Assembly: GCA_963733195.1 (NCBI GenBank) | Contig: CAVTCR010000084.1 | Span: 1-58,711, forward strand | Reading direction: 5' to 3' | Length of the DNA: 58,711 bases | From: an uncultured delta proteobacterium | Lineage (GTDB): Bacteria > Desulfobacterota > Binatia > Bin18 | In this document: positions 1 through 10,203 of the stretch, piece after piece | How positions within the stretch are numbered: position 1 is the first letter of the stretch | Layout: each line of letters opens with the position of its first letter | Position numbers and translations under genes: made by a program | Notes under the pieces: generated by a model | Database searches by the model: none | What the model saw: the letters and a program-made list of their open reading frames with translations, nothing else | Told to the model about the DNA's origin: nothing

Positions 1-240
1 AGAGCAATACGATGAATGAAAAAAAAAAAAAAAAAAAAATGAATTGAACTGTGAGAGCTGACAACACCGCTATTCGTAAGCGGCAATTGATGATTCCAGG
101 GTACTCGTTACAAACGCCCGCAGAGCAGTTCTACGCCTTGGTTGCATAGATCACATAAAGTGACTACCTCGCTCGCCTTCATCTAAACTTTGCGACGGAA
201 CCTTTCTGTGTCCTCTTGTGAACTGGCAACACAACCGTAT

Positions 241-978
241 TCACTGGTCCGGTCCCTGTTCCCCGTTGCGTAGAGAGACGGCGCCTCGCCCTCGCCCACG
301 TCTTCGCGCCGCGGGCTTTCGCCTCCCTGCTTGCGTGTTCAGCCCCAAGATAGTGGCAACGTGGGCGGTGACGAACTCGCGCCACGCCCGGTCGCCTACC
401 AGCTGCGGGTGGAGCGTATCCATATGGTGCAGCCCCATGAGGAACACCATCACGGCACGTGCGGTGAACTCCAACTCTCGTGCCCCATCCTGGGCTCCGA
501 CCGGCAACACCGGCTCAATAAGGGCGCGAATACTCTGCATCGCCGTCTCATTGTAAGCCGAGAGCAGTCGGTGCACCTCCGGGTCGCGCCGCGCCGCCGC
601 GTGCACCTCCAAGGCGAGCTGGCGCACTAAACTAAGGGCGGGATCAGTAAAGCGCGCCGCGACCTCAGGCAGCCGCCGGACGTGCTCCTCCCCGCCACCC
701 CGCTCGAAGGAGAAGGGCAGCGCCGCCAGTGCGCGCTTGATGACCTCGAGGAGCAACTCCGCCTTGTTGGGGAAATGGCGGTAAATCGCGCCGGCCGTAA
801 TTCCGCTGCGCTCCGCGATCGTCGGCATCGAGGTGCTGGCGTAGCCGTGCTCGGCGAAGAGGTGGGCTGCCGCAGATAAAATGCGCTCGCGCGTCGGCGC
901 GCCAAAGACAGACTTGCCACGACGCGTTCGCGCCGCCTCCGTCGGGACGCTAGGTGAAAAAGCTGGGAACGAATCCAT
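241..978 (-). CDS. TetR/AcrR family transcriptional regulator
   Basis: N-terminal TetR HTH (RERILSAAAHLFAEHGYASTSMPTIAERSGITAGAIYRHFPNKAELL); divergent from the amidohydrolase gene; exact start uncertain. Confidence 0.92.
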   Translation of the reverse strand: MDSFPAFSPSVPTEAARTRRGKSVFGAPTRERILSAAAHLFAEHGYASTSMPTIAERSGITAGAIYRHFPNKAELLLEVIKRALAALPFSFERGGGEEHVRRLPEVAARFTDPALSLVRQLALEVHAAARRDPEVHRLLSAYNETAMQSIRALIEPVLPVGAQDGARELEFTARAVMVFLMGLHHMDTLHPQLVGDRAWREFVTAHVATILGLNTQAGRRKPAARRRGRGRGAVSLRNGEQGPDQ

Positions 979-1003
979 CGGCGCCTAGTGTACGCACCTG
1001 GCC

Positions 1004-1052
1004 TTGACAAGTAAATAACCATTTACTATTTGTAAGTGAATATTCATTTACT
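1004..1052 (+). promoter_or_regulatory. TTGACA -35 box followed by two 18-bp TetR-type operator palindromes
   Basis: TTGACA at 1004-1009; AGTAAAT-aacc-ATTTACT (1010-1027, perfect arms) and AGTGAAT-attc-ATTTACT (1035-1052) between the divergent tetR and amidohydrolase genes. Confidence 0.75.
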
Positions 1053-1099
1053 CTGTTGCACGACGCACGGAGTCTACTAATCCCGTAAAGGAGGGAGTT

Positions 1100-2842
1100 A
1101 TGCCGCAGTTCGATACCATTATTAAAAATGGCACGATCGTCGATGGGACGAGGGTGCCCCGCTACAAGGCCGATGTGGGAATCAAGAATGGCAAGATCGC
1201 CAAGATCGGCCGGCTCAACACTAGTGATGCGGCGAAAATCATAGACGCGACGAGCCTCATCGTTGCGCCAGGATTCATTGATCTGCACTGTCACTATGAC
1301 GCGCAGTTACACTGGGATCCCTACTGCACGATGGGCAGCTGGCACGGCGTCACCTCGGTCACTAATGGGAACTGCGGGTTTGGCTTTGCCCCGGTTCATT
1401 CGAAAGATGCGGAACGAGCAATGCGCTCGATGGAACGCAACGAGGCGATTCCGTTCAGGACGATGCAGGCGTCAATGGCTTTCGATTGGGAAACATTCCC
1501 GCAGTGGATGGATCACATCGACCGTCTGCCGTTAGGCATCAACATCTCACAGCTTGTACCGGTCACACCGCTAGTGGCCTACGCCATGGGCGGTTTTGCG
1601 GAAGCAAAGAAACGCTTGCCTAACGAACAGGAGGTGACGAAGGTTGTCCAGCTGTTTCATGAGGCGATGAATGCCGGCGCCGTCGGCTGGGGCGCGCAAC
1701 GTCTCTTCCCCGACAGCTTTGCTTCAGTGCAACGCGACTATGATGGTTCGCCGATGATCTCCGATGTCTTGCCGGATGATTTCTACCTCAAGCTGGCCAG
1801 AGCGCTTGGCGAGCACAACGCGGGTTGTATCCAACTGACTCAAGCGAGTGCCGCGATTCATGATCCGTCGCGCGGTCCCAAATATGATTTTGACTTCAAC
1901 GCCCGCTTGTCGGAAGAGAGTGGCCGACCGGTGTTGTACAACGCCATTGCCATTAACGACAAATATCCAGAGATGTTCCGCTCGCAACTCAAATGGGTCG
2001 AAGAAGCCAATGCCAAAGGCATTCAGGTGTTCGCGCAAACTGCCTCGCGGCTAGCGACGCATCTTTCTTTTACCTTCGAAGACTGGAACTTGTTTGACAA
2101 CAGCCCGGTATGGCGAGATGCGACGTTGGGAACAGTGGAAGAGAAGAAAGCCAAGCTCGCCAATCCCGATATCCGCCGAGCCATCAGAGACGAATACGAT
2201 TCGGGGACGGTACCGATCGAAATCTTTGGGGAAGTGCCCAACTACACCCTCATCGCCACGCAACGCCCTGAGAACAAGAAGTATGAAGGGATGACAGTGA
2301 AGGAGATAGCGCAGCGCGAGAACAAGCACCCACTGGATGCGATGTTGGATATCTCAGTCGCCGATGGTTTGAAGACCGAGTGGCGCACGGACCTCATCAA
2401 TAAGAATGAGAGCTATACCCGTGAAGTGCTGAATTCACCGTATACTGTGCCAGGCGTGTCGGATGGTGGCGCGCATCTGAAGTTTATCGTCGCGGGTGCT
2501 TATCCTACGGAACTGCTCACGTGGATGGTACGAGATGCCAATCTGATGACGTTAGAGGAAGCGCATTTCCGTCTCAGCGCGCTGCCCGCCTGGTCGGCTG
2601 GTTTCCAGGATCGCGGTGTCCTTCGCGAAGGACTGGCAGCAGATATTGTGATCTATGACTTGGCGAAGCTGAAATCAGGACCATGGGAAGTGCTGCATGA
2701 CCTCCCTGCGAATGAATGGCGGCGAGTCGTAAAGCCGGAAGGCTATCGCTGGATTATGGTCAACGGTGGTGTGACCTTCGAAGACGGGAAGTGCACTGGG
2801 TCTACGCCGGGGAAGCTCTTGCGAAGCGGACGCATGGCGTAA
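1100..2842 (+). CDS. N-acyl-D-amino-acid deacylase-like amidohydrolase (Amidohydro_3)
   Basis: IVAPGFIDLHCHYD metal motif, GNCGFGFAP, SDGGAH; RBS GAGGGAG; intact 580 aa. Confidence 0.9.
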   Translation: MPQFDTIIKNGTIVDGTRVPRYKADVGIKNGKIAKIGRLNTSDAAKIIDATSLIVAPGFIDLHCHYDAQLHWDPYCTMGSWHGVTSVTNGNCGFGFAPVHSKDAERAMRSMERNEAIPFRTMQASMAFDWETFPQWMDHIDRLPLGINISQLVPVTPLVAYAMGGFAEAKKRLPNEQEVTKVVQLFHEAMNAGAVGWGAQRLFPDSFASVQRDYDGSPMISDVLPDDFYLKLARALGEHNAGCIQLTQASAAIHDPSRGPKYDFDFNARLSEESGRPVLYNAIAINDKYPEMFRSQLKWVEEANAKGIQVFAQTASRLATHLSFTFEDWNLFDNSPVWRDATLGTVEEKKAKLANPDIRRAIRDEYDSGTVPIEIFGEVPNYTLIATQRPENKKYEGMTVKEIAQRENKHPLDAMLDISVADGLKTEWRTDLINKNESYTREVLNSPYTVPGVSDGGAHLKFIVAGAYPTELLTWMVRDANLMTLEEAHFRLSALPAWSAGFQDRGVLREGLAADIVIYDLAKLKSGPWEVLHDLPANEWRRVVKPEGYRWIMVNGGVTFEDGKCTGSTPGKLLRSGRMA

Positions 2843-3131
2843 CGAAGAAGGCAGGAAAGGCGAAAAGGGAAAAGGCGGACACAACGGTTTCTTTTTTCTG
2901 CTCATTTCCCCTTTTCACCTGCTGCGCTGCGGCGAGGAGACACACGGAACCCCACACGAAGCTGGCATCCGGCAGGGTCACCAGGATCTCAGGGGGTGGG
3001 TATCCGGTCGTGTTTCTCCGTAGATGAGTAACTAACCATTAGAGATTTTCTTTTCATGCGGTTTCTACTCCGTGCGAAACCATCCGCAGCATGCAGAGAC
3101 AGCACGTCAAGAAACATACAGGAGGGACACT

Positions 3132-4772
3132 TTGGCAAATTCTCTACAACAACACACCGGAAACCAGTACAGGACCGATCGAGCAATATGACGCGATCGT
3201 CATCGGTGCTGGGGTGTCCGGATTGTATCAACTGTACCGCTCCGGCTAAGTAGTACGGGAGCTCGGGCTCTCGGTGCGCTGCTATGAGGATGGCAGCGAT
3301 GTGGGTGGCACCTGGTATTGGAACCGCTACCCCGGCTGTCGCTTCGATTCCGAGAGCGAAACCTACGGCTACTCGTGGTCGGAGGAACTGCTGCAGGAAT
3401 GGGACTGGAAGGAACATTATTCCGGTCAGCCGGAGAACGAAAAATACCTCAATTATGTCGCCGATAAATTCGACCTGCGGAAAGACATCCAATTCAATGC
3501 GCACGTGACCTCGGCAATCTACGACGAGCAGGCGAATCGCTGGGACATCCAATTGGAGAGTGGCCAGCGTGCCCGGGCCCAGTTTCTCATCGCGGCAGTC
3601 GGCCTCTTGTCCGCTCGGTACACACCGCCGTTTGAGGGGGTCGAGAGCTTTAAGGGTGAGTCGTTTCATACCTCTCGATGGCCGAAGGAAAAAGTGGACT
3701 TTACGGGCAAGCGCGTCGCGGTCATCGGCACCGGCGCCACCGCGGTACAGCTCATCCCCGAAATCGCCAAAGAAGTCGGTCATCTGACCGTCTTCCAGCG
3801 TACCCCCAATTACTGTGCGCCGTGCCGGAACTCGTTCGTCACCCCAGAGACCCAACGCCAGTGGAAGGCTACCTACCCAGAGATTCATAAACGGATTCGC
3901 CAGACGACCGTCGGCCTGCTGCACGAGTTCGACCGGCGCAAGACCTTCGACGTCCCGCAGGAAGAGCGGCTGGCATTCTATGAGGAGTTATGGGCGAAGC
4001 CCGGCTTCACCAAGTGGTTGAGCAACTTCCATGACATCATGACCAACGCGGACGCCAACGAGGACTTCGCCGAGTTCGTGCGCAACAAGATCCGTGCCCG
4101 GGTCAAGGATCCCGTGGTCGCGGAAAAGCTCGTGCCAAGGACCATCCCTTCGGCTCCAAACGCATCCCGTTAGAGACCAACTATTACGAAGCGTACAATC
4201 GCGACAATGTCCTGCTGGTGGACGTGCGCGAGGCCCCGATCGAGCGCATCACGCCCAAAGGCATCAAGACCAGTGAGAAGGAGTATGAATTCGACGTCAT
4301 CATCTATGCCACGGGGTTTGATGCCGTGACGGGATCGTTGACGCGGATCGATATTCGCGGCGAAGGGGGACAAACGATCAAGGACAAGTGGGCCCATGGG
4401 CCGCGCAACTACCTGGGGTTGCAAACCGCGGGCTTCCCGAACTTCTTCATTGCCATCAACACCGCGTTTTGTAACTACACGGTTTGCGCCGAGTCGATCG
4501 TCGAATGGATTACCGATGCCATCCGCTATGTACGCGAGAAGGGCTTTCGGAGTATTGCCCCCAAGCCGCAGGTGGAAGACGCGTGGATAGAGTACATCAA
4601 CAAGGTGGCCGCCGGCTCGATTTTTACGAAGGCCAAGTCGGCGTGGTTTATGGGCACGAATATTCCTGGGAAGCCCCGCGCTGTCCTGCTCAACCCCCTC
4701 CCCGCCCCAGCCTATCGGGCCAAGTGTGCCGAGGCAGCGGCCAAGGGCTATGAGGGATTTCAGTTGCAATAA
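3132..4772 (+). pseudogene. Baeyer-Villiger monooxygenase (cyclohexanone/phenylacetone monooxygenase-like), disrupted
   Basis: DAIVIGAGVSG, GGTWYWNRYPG, FxGxxxHTxxWP (FKGESFHTSRWP), GTGATA, ATGF; in-frame TAA at 3247 and a frameshift near 4140. Confidence 0.85.
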
Positions 4773-4817
4773 ATAGACTGGCTCATGTTCAGTATTTGTG
4801 TTCCTTCTGTGAAGATC

Positions 4818-4966
4818 ATGAAGAAGCCGCGCACCATCCGGCGCTTGACCAGTGCGGTGCTGCGGCGGCAGTGGAAGCGGCGGCTGGTGCAGGATCTGGG
4901 GTTCCACGTCGCGCATGAGCTGCTCGGCATGCACCTTAACAAGTCGGCGTAAACTAAGCGACTTAG
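4818..4966 (+). mobile_element. Possible transposase C-terminal remnant with IS-like end
   Basis: Basic 44-aa ORF (4818-4952) ends directly before CTAAG-CGA-CTTAG, resembling an IS701/IS4-type terminus; no catalytic motif visible. Confidence 0.3.
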
Positions 4967-5035
4967 GTACTCACAGTCACAAGTGAAGGAACATCTACAC
5001 GCCGGGCTATATCCTCACGGCGAGAGGATACGGAA

Positions 5036-5500
5036 ATGGAACGAATGACCAAAGAAGAATGTATGCAGGTCTTACGCAGTCCGGTGCGGACCGGCAAGCT
5101 GGCCACGGTGCGCAAGGACGGACGGCCCCTCGTCGTACCGGTATGGTATGACCTGGAAGGGGAAACCGTCGTCTTCATGACTGCGCAGGACTCGATCAAG
5201 GCAAAGAACATGCGCCGTGATCCTCGGGTCAGTTTGTGTGTGGATGATGAGGTGACGCCATTCGCGTATGTCGAACTCGAAGGCACAGTCGTCATGTCCG
5301 ATGATGCGGACCAAGTGCTCTATTGGGCGACGCGTATTGGGGGGCGCTATATGGGGCAGGAGTTAGCGGAGACCTATGGGAAAATCAACAGCGGCGCAGG
5401 GGTGCTGATCGTGCACGTCACGCCGACGAACATACACGGATATAAAGATATTACGGGTCGGTACCCGCAGCCGGCGCAGTCGCAAAGACCTTCGCGGTAA
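5036..5500 (+). CDS. PPOX-class F420-dependent oxidoreductase (split beta-barrel)
   Basis: GKLATVRKDGRPLVVPVWY...KAKNMRRDPRVSLCVDD pattern; RBS GAGGA. Confidence 0.85.
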   Translation: MERMTKEECMQVLRSPVRTGKLATVRKDGRPLVVPVWYDLEGETVVFMTAQDSIKAKNMRRDPRVSLCVDDEVTPFAYVELEGTVVMSDDADQVLYWATRIGGRYMGQELAETYGKINSGAGVLIVHVTPTNIHGYKDITGRYPQPAQSQRPSR

Positions 5501-5520
5501 GCAGAGGCGACAGGGGGTAA

Positions 5521-5595
5521 GGGAGCAGGTCTTGATTTATAAGGTAGAGTATTGTCAACGTTAAGGCAAACTAAAATGTGAAGACTTGACCCTCT
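5521..5595. repeat. Small imperfect inverted-repeat element (REP/MITE-like)
   Basis: GGAGCAGGTCTTGA...TGAAGACTTGACCC arms around an AT-rich spacer. Confidence 0.4.
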
Positions 5596-6143
5596 CCCCC
5601 CTTGAGGACTTGGTGTTCTTCCTCGTTGTGGTTCCGGTACTCCTGCCAGCCGGCGCCTCGCTATTCCTTCAGAAGGCGGCCAACGCGATGACCCTCAAAG
5701 ACTATCACCACCTCTACGCATAGTCTCCCAATAGTTTTGCAAGCGGACTTCGTCTTTCTGTGGCAGGCGCCAACGTCTATCAGGAAGGAGTGGAAGTCTC
5801 CCCTAAACCAACGCCCTGTTTACGCCACGAGAGAAAGCCTTGTCCCATTTTACGAAGATAACGGCAGAAAATCACAAACAGATAGTGAAATAGTCATTGA
5901 TGAATTGCGGTAGCATTTTTCCGAACCTGAGATTCTCGAATTGGGCTGGCGGCTGGCGATCTTTATTGGCCAAGGACGATTGGTGTACGTCCTTGGCCGC
6001 GATAATGTCGGGAAAGTCATGCCCGCATTATGTTATTCATAAATCAGTGCGGCTGATTACCATTAAGGGACAATGCATGATAGGTGTCCACACCGCTGAG
6101 GGTATTCGTACTGTCGTTTGGGGTGAGAAAAAAGGAGGAAGCG

Positions 6144-6593
6144 ATGGCTGAGCAGACGTTGTTGACAGGATATAAAGTGCTGGATTTTACTCACGCCCTT
6201 GCCGGACCTACGACCACGCGGTTGATGGCCGAGATGGGCGCGGAGGTCATCAAGGTCGAACAGGCTCCTTATGGCGACCCAGCCCGGTTGACGCCAGTCG
6301 GTCGGCACAAACGCAGCGCCTATTTTGTGCAGCATAATCTGGGCAAGCAAGGGATGCGTGTCAATCTCAAGACGGACGCTGGCCGGGAGATCATACGCGC
6401 GCTTGTACCGCAGATGGATGTGGTTGTAGAGAACTACAGCCCTGGCGTGATGGGCCGCATGGGGTTCGCCTATGAAGACCTGAAGCGATTGAACCCACGT
6501 TTGGTCATGTGTTCAATCTCGGTGTTAGGACAAACGAATCGTGGTCTCAGCATAAGTCACGATTCCCATATTCGTGAAGAAAGGAATCTCTGA
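6144..6593 (+). pseudogene. CaiB/BaiF family III CoA-transferase, C-terminally truncated
   Basis: LTGYKVLDFTHALAGP...GAEVIKVE...DVVVENYSPGVM; only ~149 aa of a ~400-aa family; RBS AGGAGG. Confidence 0.85.
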
Positions 6594-7682
6594 TGAAAAC
6601 CGGCTACATGTTGGCCATGCAAAACGCCCACGAGGGGATGAGCGATGCAGAGATGATACGCAACGAACTGCGCATTGCTGAGCAGGCCGAAGCGTTTGGC
6701 TTCGACGTCATCTGGTGCGCCGAGCACCACTTCGACCACTACTCGATCGCCCCCGATAATTTCCAGTTGCTGACCTGGCTTGCCGCCCGCACCAAGAAAA
6801 TCCAGCTTGGCACCGCCGCCGTGATCCTGCCGTGGAACGACCCGTTGCGTCTTGCCGAGAAAGCTTCCGTCCTTGACGCGGTAAGTGAGGGTCGCTTCGT
6901 ACTCGGGCTGGGCCGTGGTCTCGCGCGCATGGAATACGAAGCATTCGGTATCGACATGAACGAAGCACGTGATCGCTTCGACGAATCCGCGCGCATGATT
7001 GTCAACGCGCTCGCGACCGGGTTTATCGAAGGGACCGGATCCTATTATCCGCAGAAGCGGACCGAGATCCGACCAAAGCCGATCTACTCGTTCAAAGACA
7101 AGCTCTACAGCGTGGCGATGTCGCCGGACTCTATTACGGCCGCCGCGCAACTCGGCGCGCGTATGATGTTCTTTATCCAATTCGCGCTTGAGCGGCATCT
7201 GCCCATGGTCGAATCGTACCGGCAGCAGTATCTGCAGAAACACGGAACCAGCGCCCCGCCCCCGCACGCCATCGACTTTGTAGTGTGTGATCGTGACGCG
7301 GGCCGAGCGGAGGAGCTGGCGCGGAAACACTTGTCGGCCTATTACCTCTCGCTCCTGCGGCACTACGAGCTGCTGGAAGGCTACCATGCGGAACTGAAAG
7401 GTTACGAGTCCTACGGCGCAGCCGCGCAGCTAATCAAGAAAATGGGGCTCGAAGGGGCAGTCAATGACTACATCAGTCATCAGGTGTGGGGCAAGCCACA
7501 ACAGACTTCGACAATGAAGCGCGCGGCGTTAAAGGGGAATAGAGTGGAATCTGGTGATGAGCTTTGGCGGGATACCGTTCGACGTGGTGGAGGCAAGCAC
7601 GCGTCTCATCAGTAATGAGGTCCTGCCCGAGTTGCAGACGTGGGGCGAGGACCGCAGCCGACCGGTTCGTCAGAGCGCCTAG
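6593..7682 (+). CDS. LLM-class flavin-dependent oxidoreductase (frameshift near the C-terminus)
   Basis: GFDVIWCAEHHF, LGTAAVILPWNDPLRLAE, LGLGRG; C-terminus (SFGGIPFDVVEASTRLISNEVLPEL) continues in another frame to TAG 7680-7682. Confidence 0.88.
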
Positions 7683-7967
7683 CGTGAGCATGATGTCAAA
7701 GTGAGACATATACAGTCGCCAGGGGTTCTTCGGTTCAGTGACCCGATGATGCAATGATCCAATGATGCAATACTTTTGCGGCGTATGGTATTAGCGGAGA
7801 GCGTCATGCAATTCTACAATTTGTCGTAGTGTTGCGAAGTGGCTCAATCGGACTAATTGAGCCACGCCCTGGATTTTGCTGTGCTCACTTGCTCAATGCC
7901 TTTTACTTCGTTGCGAAAATGGAGCATAGAATTAAGTAAGTTGGTCTATAATCGAAAAGGAGGAACA

Positions 7968-9677
7968 ATGTCATACGATCTGATCATTCGCGGAGGTACC
8001 ATCGTCGACGGCTCGGGCTTGCCACGCTATCAAGCCGACGTCGGGATCAAGGGTGGTCGCATCACTGCGATTGGCAAAGTCAGCGGGCCTGCTGACGAAG
8101 TCATCGACGCAGAAGGACATGTCGTCGCGCCAGGTTTCATCGACGGCCACACGCATATGGATGCGCAGGTCTTTTGGGATCCACTCGGGAGTTGCTCCTG
8201 CTGGCACGGCGTGACGTCGGTCGTCATGGGCAATTGCGGCTTCTCCCTGGCCCCGTGCGCCGAGAAGGACAAGTTGCTGGTGATGCGTAATCTCGAGCGT
8301 GCCGAGGATATCTCGCCGAAGGCGATGGAGGCCGGCATCAAATGGTCGTGGGCGAGCTTTCCAGAATATCTGGACGCGGTCGACCGGCTGCCCAAGGGCA
8401 TCAATTATGCCGCATACGTCGGTCACTCTGCCCTGCGCACCTACACGATGGGGGAGCGGGCGTTTAGCGAGGAAGCGACCCCCAAAGATCTGGCCGCGAT
8501 GAAACGCGAATTGCGCGCCGCGATCAAGGCGGGAGCCGCCGGTTTTAGCACCTCGCGCTCGAGCGCGCATCAGACGCCCGATAGTCGCCCGGTTGCCAGC
8601 CGGCTCGCGACGTGGGACGAAGTGCGGGCGCTAGTTGGGGTGATGGGTGACCTGAAGGCCGGGGTCTTCGAAATCGCGCAGGAAGACGCTCCGACCCCCG
8701 AACGGCTGCACAACTTTATTGACCGCTTGAAGGCGCTCGCGCTCGAAAGCAACGTGCCGACCACCTTCGGCGTCGTGCAGTTCCGCAAGCTACCGCATGA
8801 TTGGCGCGCGTTTTACCAGTGCGTGGACGATACCATCGCCGCCGGCGGCAAAATGCTGGTCCAAGGCACCAGCCGATGGATCAGCACCCTGCTGTCCTTC
8901 GAGAGCACGCTGCCCTTCGATCGTACACCCGTGTGGAGCGATCTGCGCAAGCGGCCGCTGGCTGAACAGGAAGCCGCGCTGCGCAATCCCGACCTCCGTC
9001 GAGCACTGCTGGACGCTGCCCGCGAATATATGGCCCAGCCGCATCGCTCCGTCGGTGCCGAGGCGCGCAAACCCGATTTCGATTCACTCTTTGTGATGGA
9101 CACGCCGCTGCCGCCGTATCGTTCGGTCGCGCAGCTCGCGCGGGAATCCGCCAAAGATCCCCTTGATGTCATCATTGACCTGTCGCTGGAGAAGCATCTG
9201 CAGCAGTTCTTCATTCAGCCGCTCGTCAACGAAGACCAAGATGTGGTGCTGGCGATGATGCGGCATCCGCGATCGGTCGTGACATTCTCCGACTCTGGCG
9301 CGCATGTCTCGCAGATCATGGATTCGTCGATCCAGACCCATCTACTGGGCTATTGGGTGCGCGAGCGTCAGGCGCTGACGTTGGAGCAGGCAATCCGCAA
9401 GATGACCTACGATCTCGCCTCGTTCTGGGGCTTGCAGGGACGCGGGCTCCTACGCGAGGGCAACTTTGCCGACGTGGTGATCTTCGATCCAGAAAAGGTC
9501 GGGCCGCAGATGCCGACCCTCGAACACGATCTGCCTGCAGGCGCCCGACGGCTTAAGCAGAAGTCGGACGGGATCAAGGCGACGATTGTCAACGGCGAAG
9601 TCCTGATGCGCAATAACGAGCACACCGGCGCGTTGCCAGGCAAACTGCTGCGCGGTCCGTTGGCTCCCAGCGCATAG
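7968..9677 (+). CDS. N-acyl-D-amino-acid deacylase-like amidohydrolase
   Basis: VVAPGFIDGHTHMD, GNCGFSLAP, SDSGAH; RBS AGGAGG before ATG 7968; paralogue of 1100-2842. Confidence 0.9.
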   Translation: MSYDLIIRGGTIVDGSGLPRYQADVGIKGGRITAIGKVSGPADEVIDAEGHVVAPGFIDGHTHMDAQVFWDPLGSCSCWHGVTSVVMGNCGFSLAPCAEKDKLLVMRNLERAEDISPKAMEAGIKWSWASFPEYLDAVDRLPKGINYAAYVGHSALRTYTMGERAFSEEATPKDLAAMKRELRAAIKAGAAGFSTSRSSAHQTPDSRPVASRLATWDEVRALVGVMGDLKAGVFEIAQEDAPTPERLHNFIDRLKALALESNVPTTFGVVQFRKLPHDWRAFYQCVDDTIAAGGKMLVQGTSRWISTLLSFESTLPFDRTPVWSDLRKRPLAEQEAALRNPDLRRALLDAAREYMAQPHRSVGAEARKPDFDSLFVMDTPLPPYRSVAQLARESAKDPLDVIIDLSLEKHLQQFFIQPLVNEDQDVVLAMMRHPRSVVTFSDSGAHVSQIMDSSIQTHLLGYWVRERQALTLEQAIRKMTYDLASFWGLQGRGLLREGNFADVVIFDPEKVGPQMPTLEHDLPAGARRLKQKSDGIKATIVNGEVLMRNNEHTGALPGKLLRGPLAPSA

Positions 9678-9703
9678 CAGGGAGCAGCCTGCGGAGGATC
9701 GGG

Positions 9704-9919
9704 GCAATACTGTTCGGCATTATTCCTGCACGTCTGGTACCAGGTCTCTTCTCCCTCCGGGAGAAGCCTGTCCTGCCTGCGCCAGTGCCGCAGGCACAGG
9801 TGAGATTGTCGAAGGGGTCAGGATGAGGGGGTAAAAAAGAGGGCTTCCTTCTTTGATTCCCTCACCCTAGCCTCCTCCGACTACGCGAAGGACAAGCTCT
9901 CCCAGCGGGAGAGGGAATT
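9704..9919 (+). repeat. 216-bp composite palindromic repeat, copy 1
   Basis: Near-identical reverse complement of 14285-14500; contains CCCTCACCCTAGCC...GGGAGAGGG REP-like arms. Confidence 0.9.
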
Positions 9920-10203
9920 GCAATACCCAGTGCCAAAGTTCGTGCCGATTTCAAATTTACAGCTCGCCCTGTGTAAGCAAGACTGCATTCTCGCTTGGGC
10001 TCGGGAACGTGTGGGTTTGCTTTCGCCTTTCATGCTTGACAATACCCCCACGATCTCCGCACACTCCTGGTTTCCCACCGTCTGCTTACTGGTAGAGGAC
10101 GACACACCGGACCTCGATGCTCCAACGGGCTGACGCGTTGGGCGGGGTAGCCGCATCCTCAGGAGCGCGCCTCTTATGGGCCAGGCCCCCCGCAGGATTG
10201 CTA

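Noticed and set aside
19-39. Poly-A run at the window start
   Set aside because: Homopolymer at the edge of error-prone sequence; probably an artefact
185-202. AAACTTTGCGACGGAACC as an IS terminal repeat
   Set aside because: No partner end or recognisable transposase in the window, so it cannot be supported
5604-5723. Short hydrophobic reading frame after the small inverted repeat
   Set aside because: No clear RBS or start; probably a gene remnant and not identifiable
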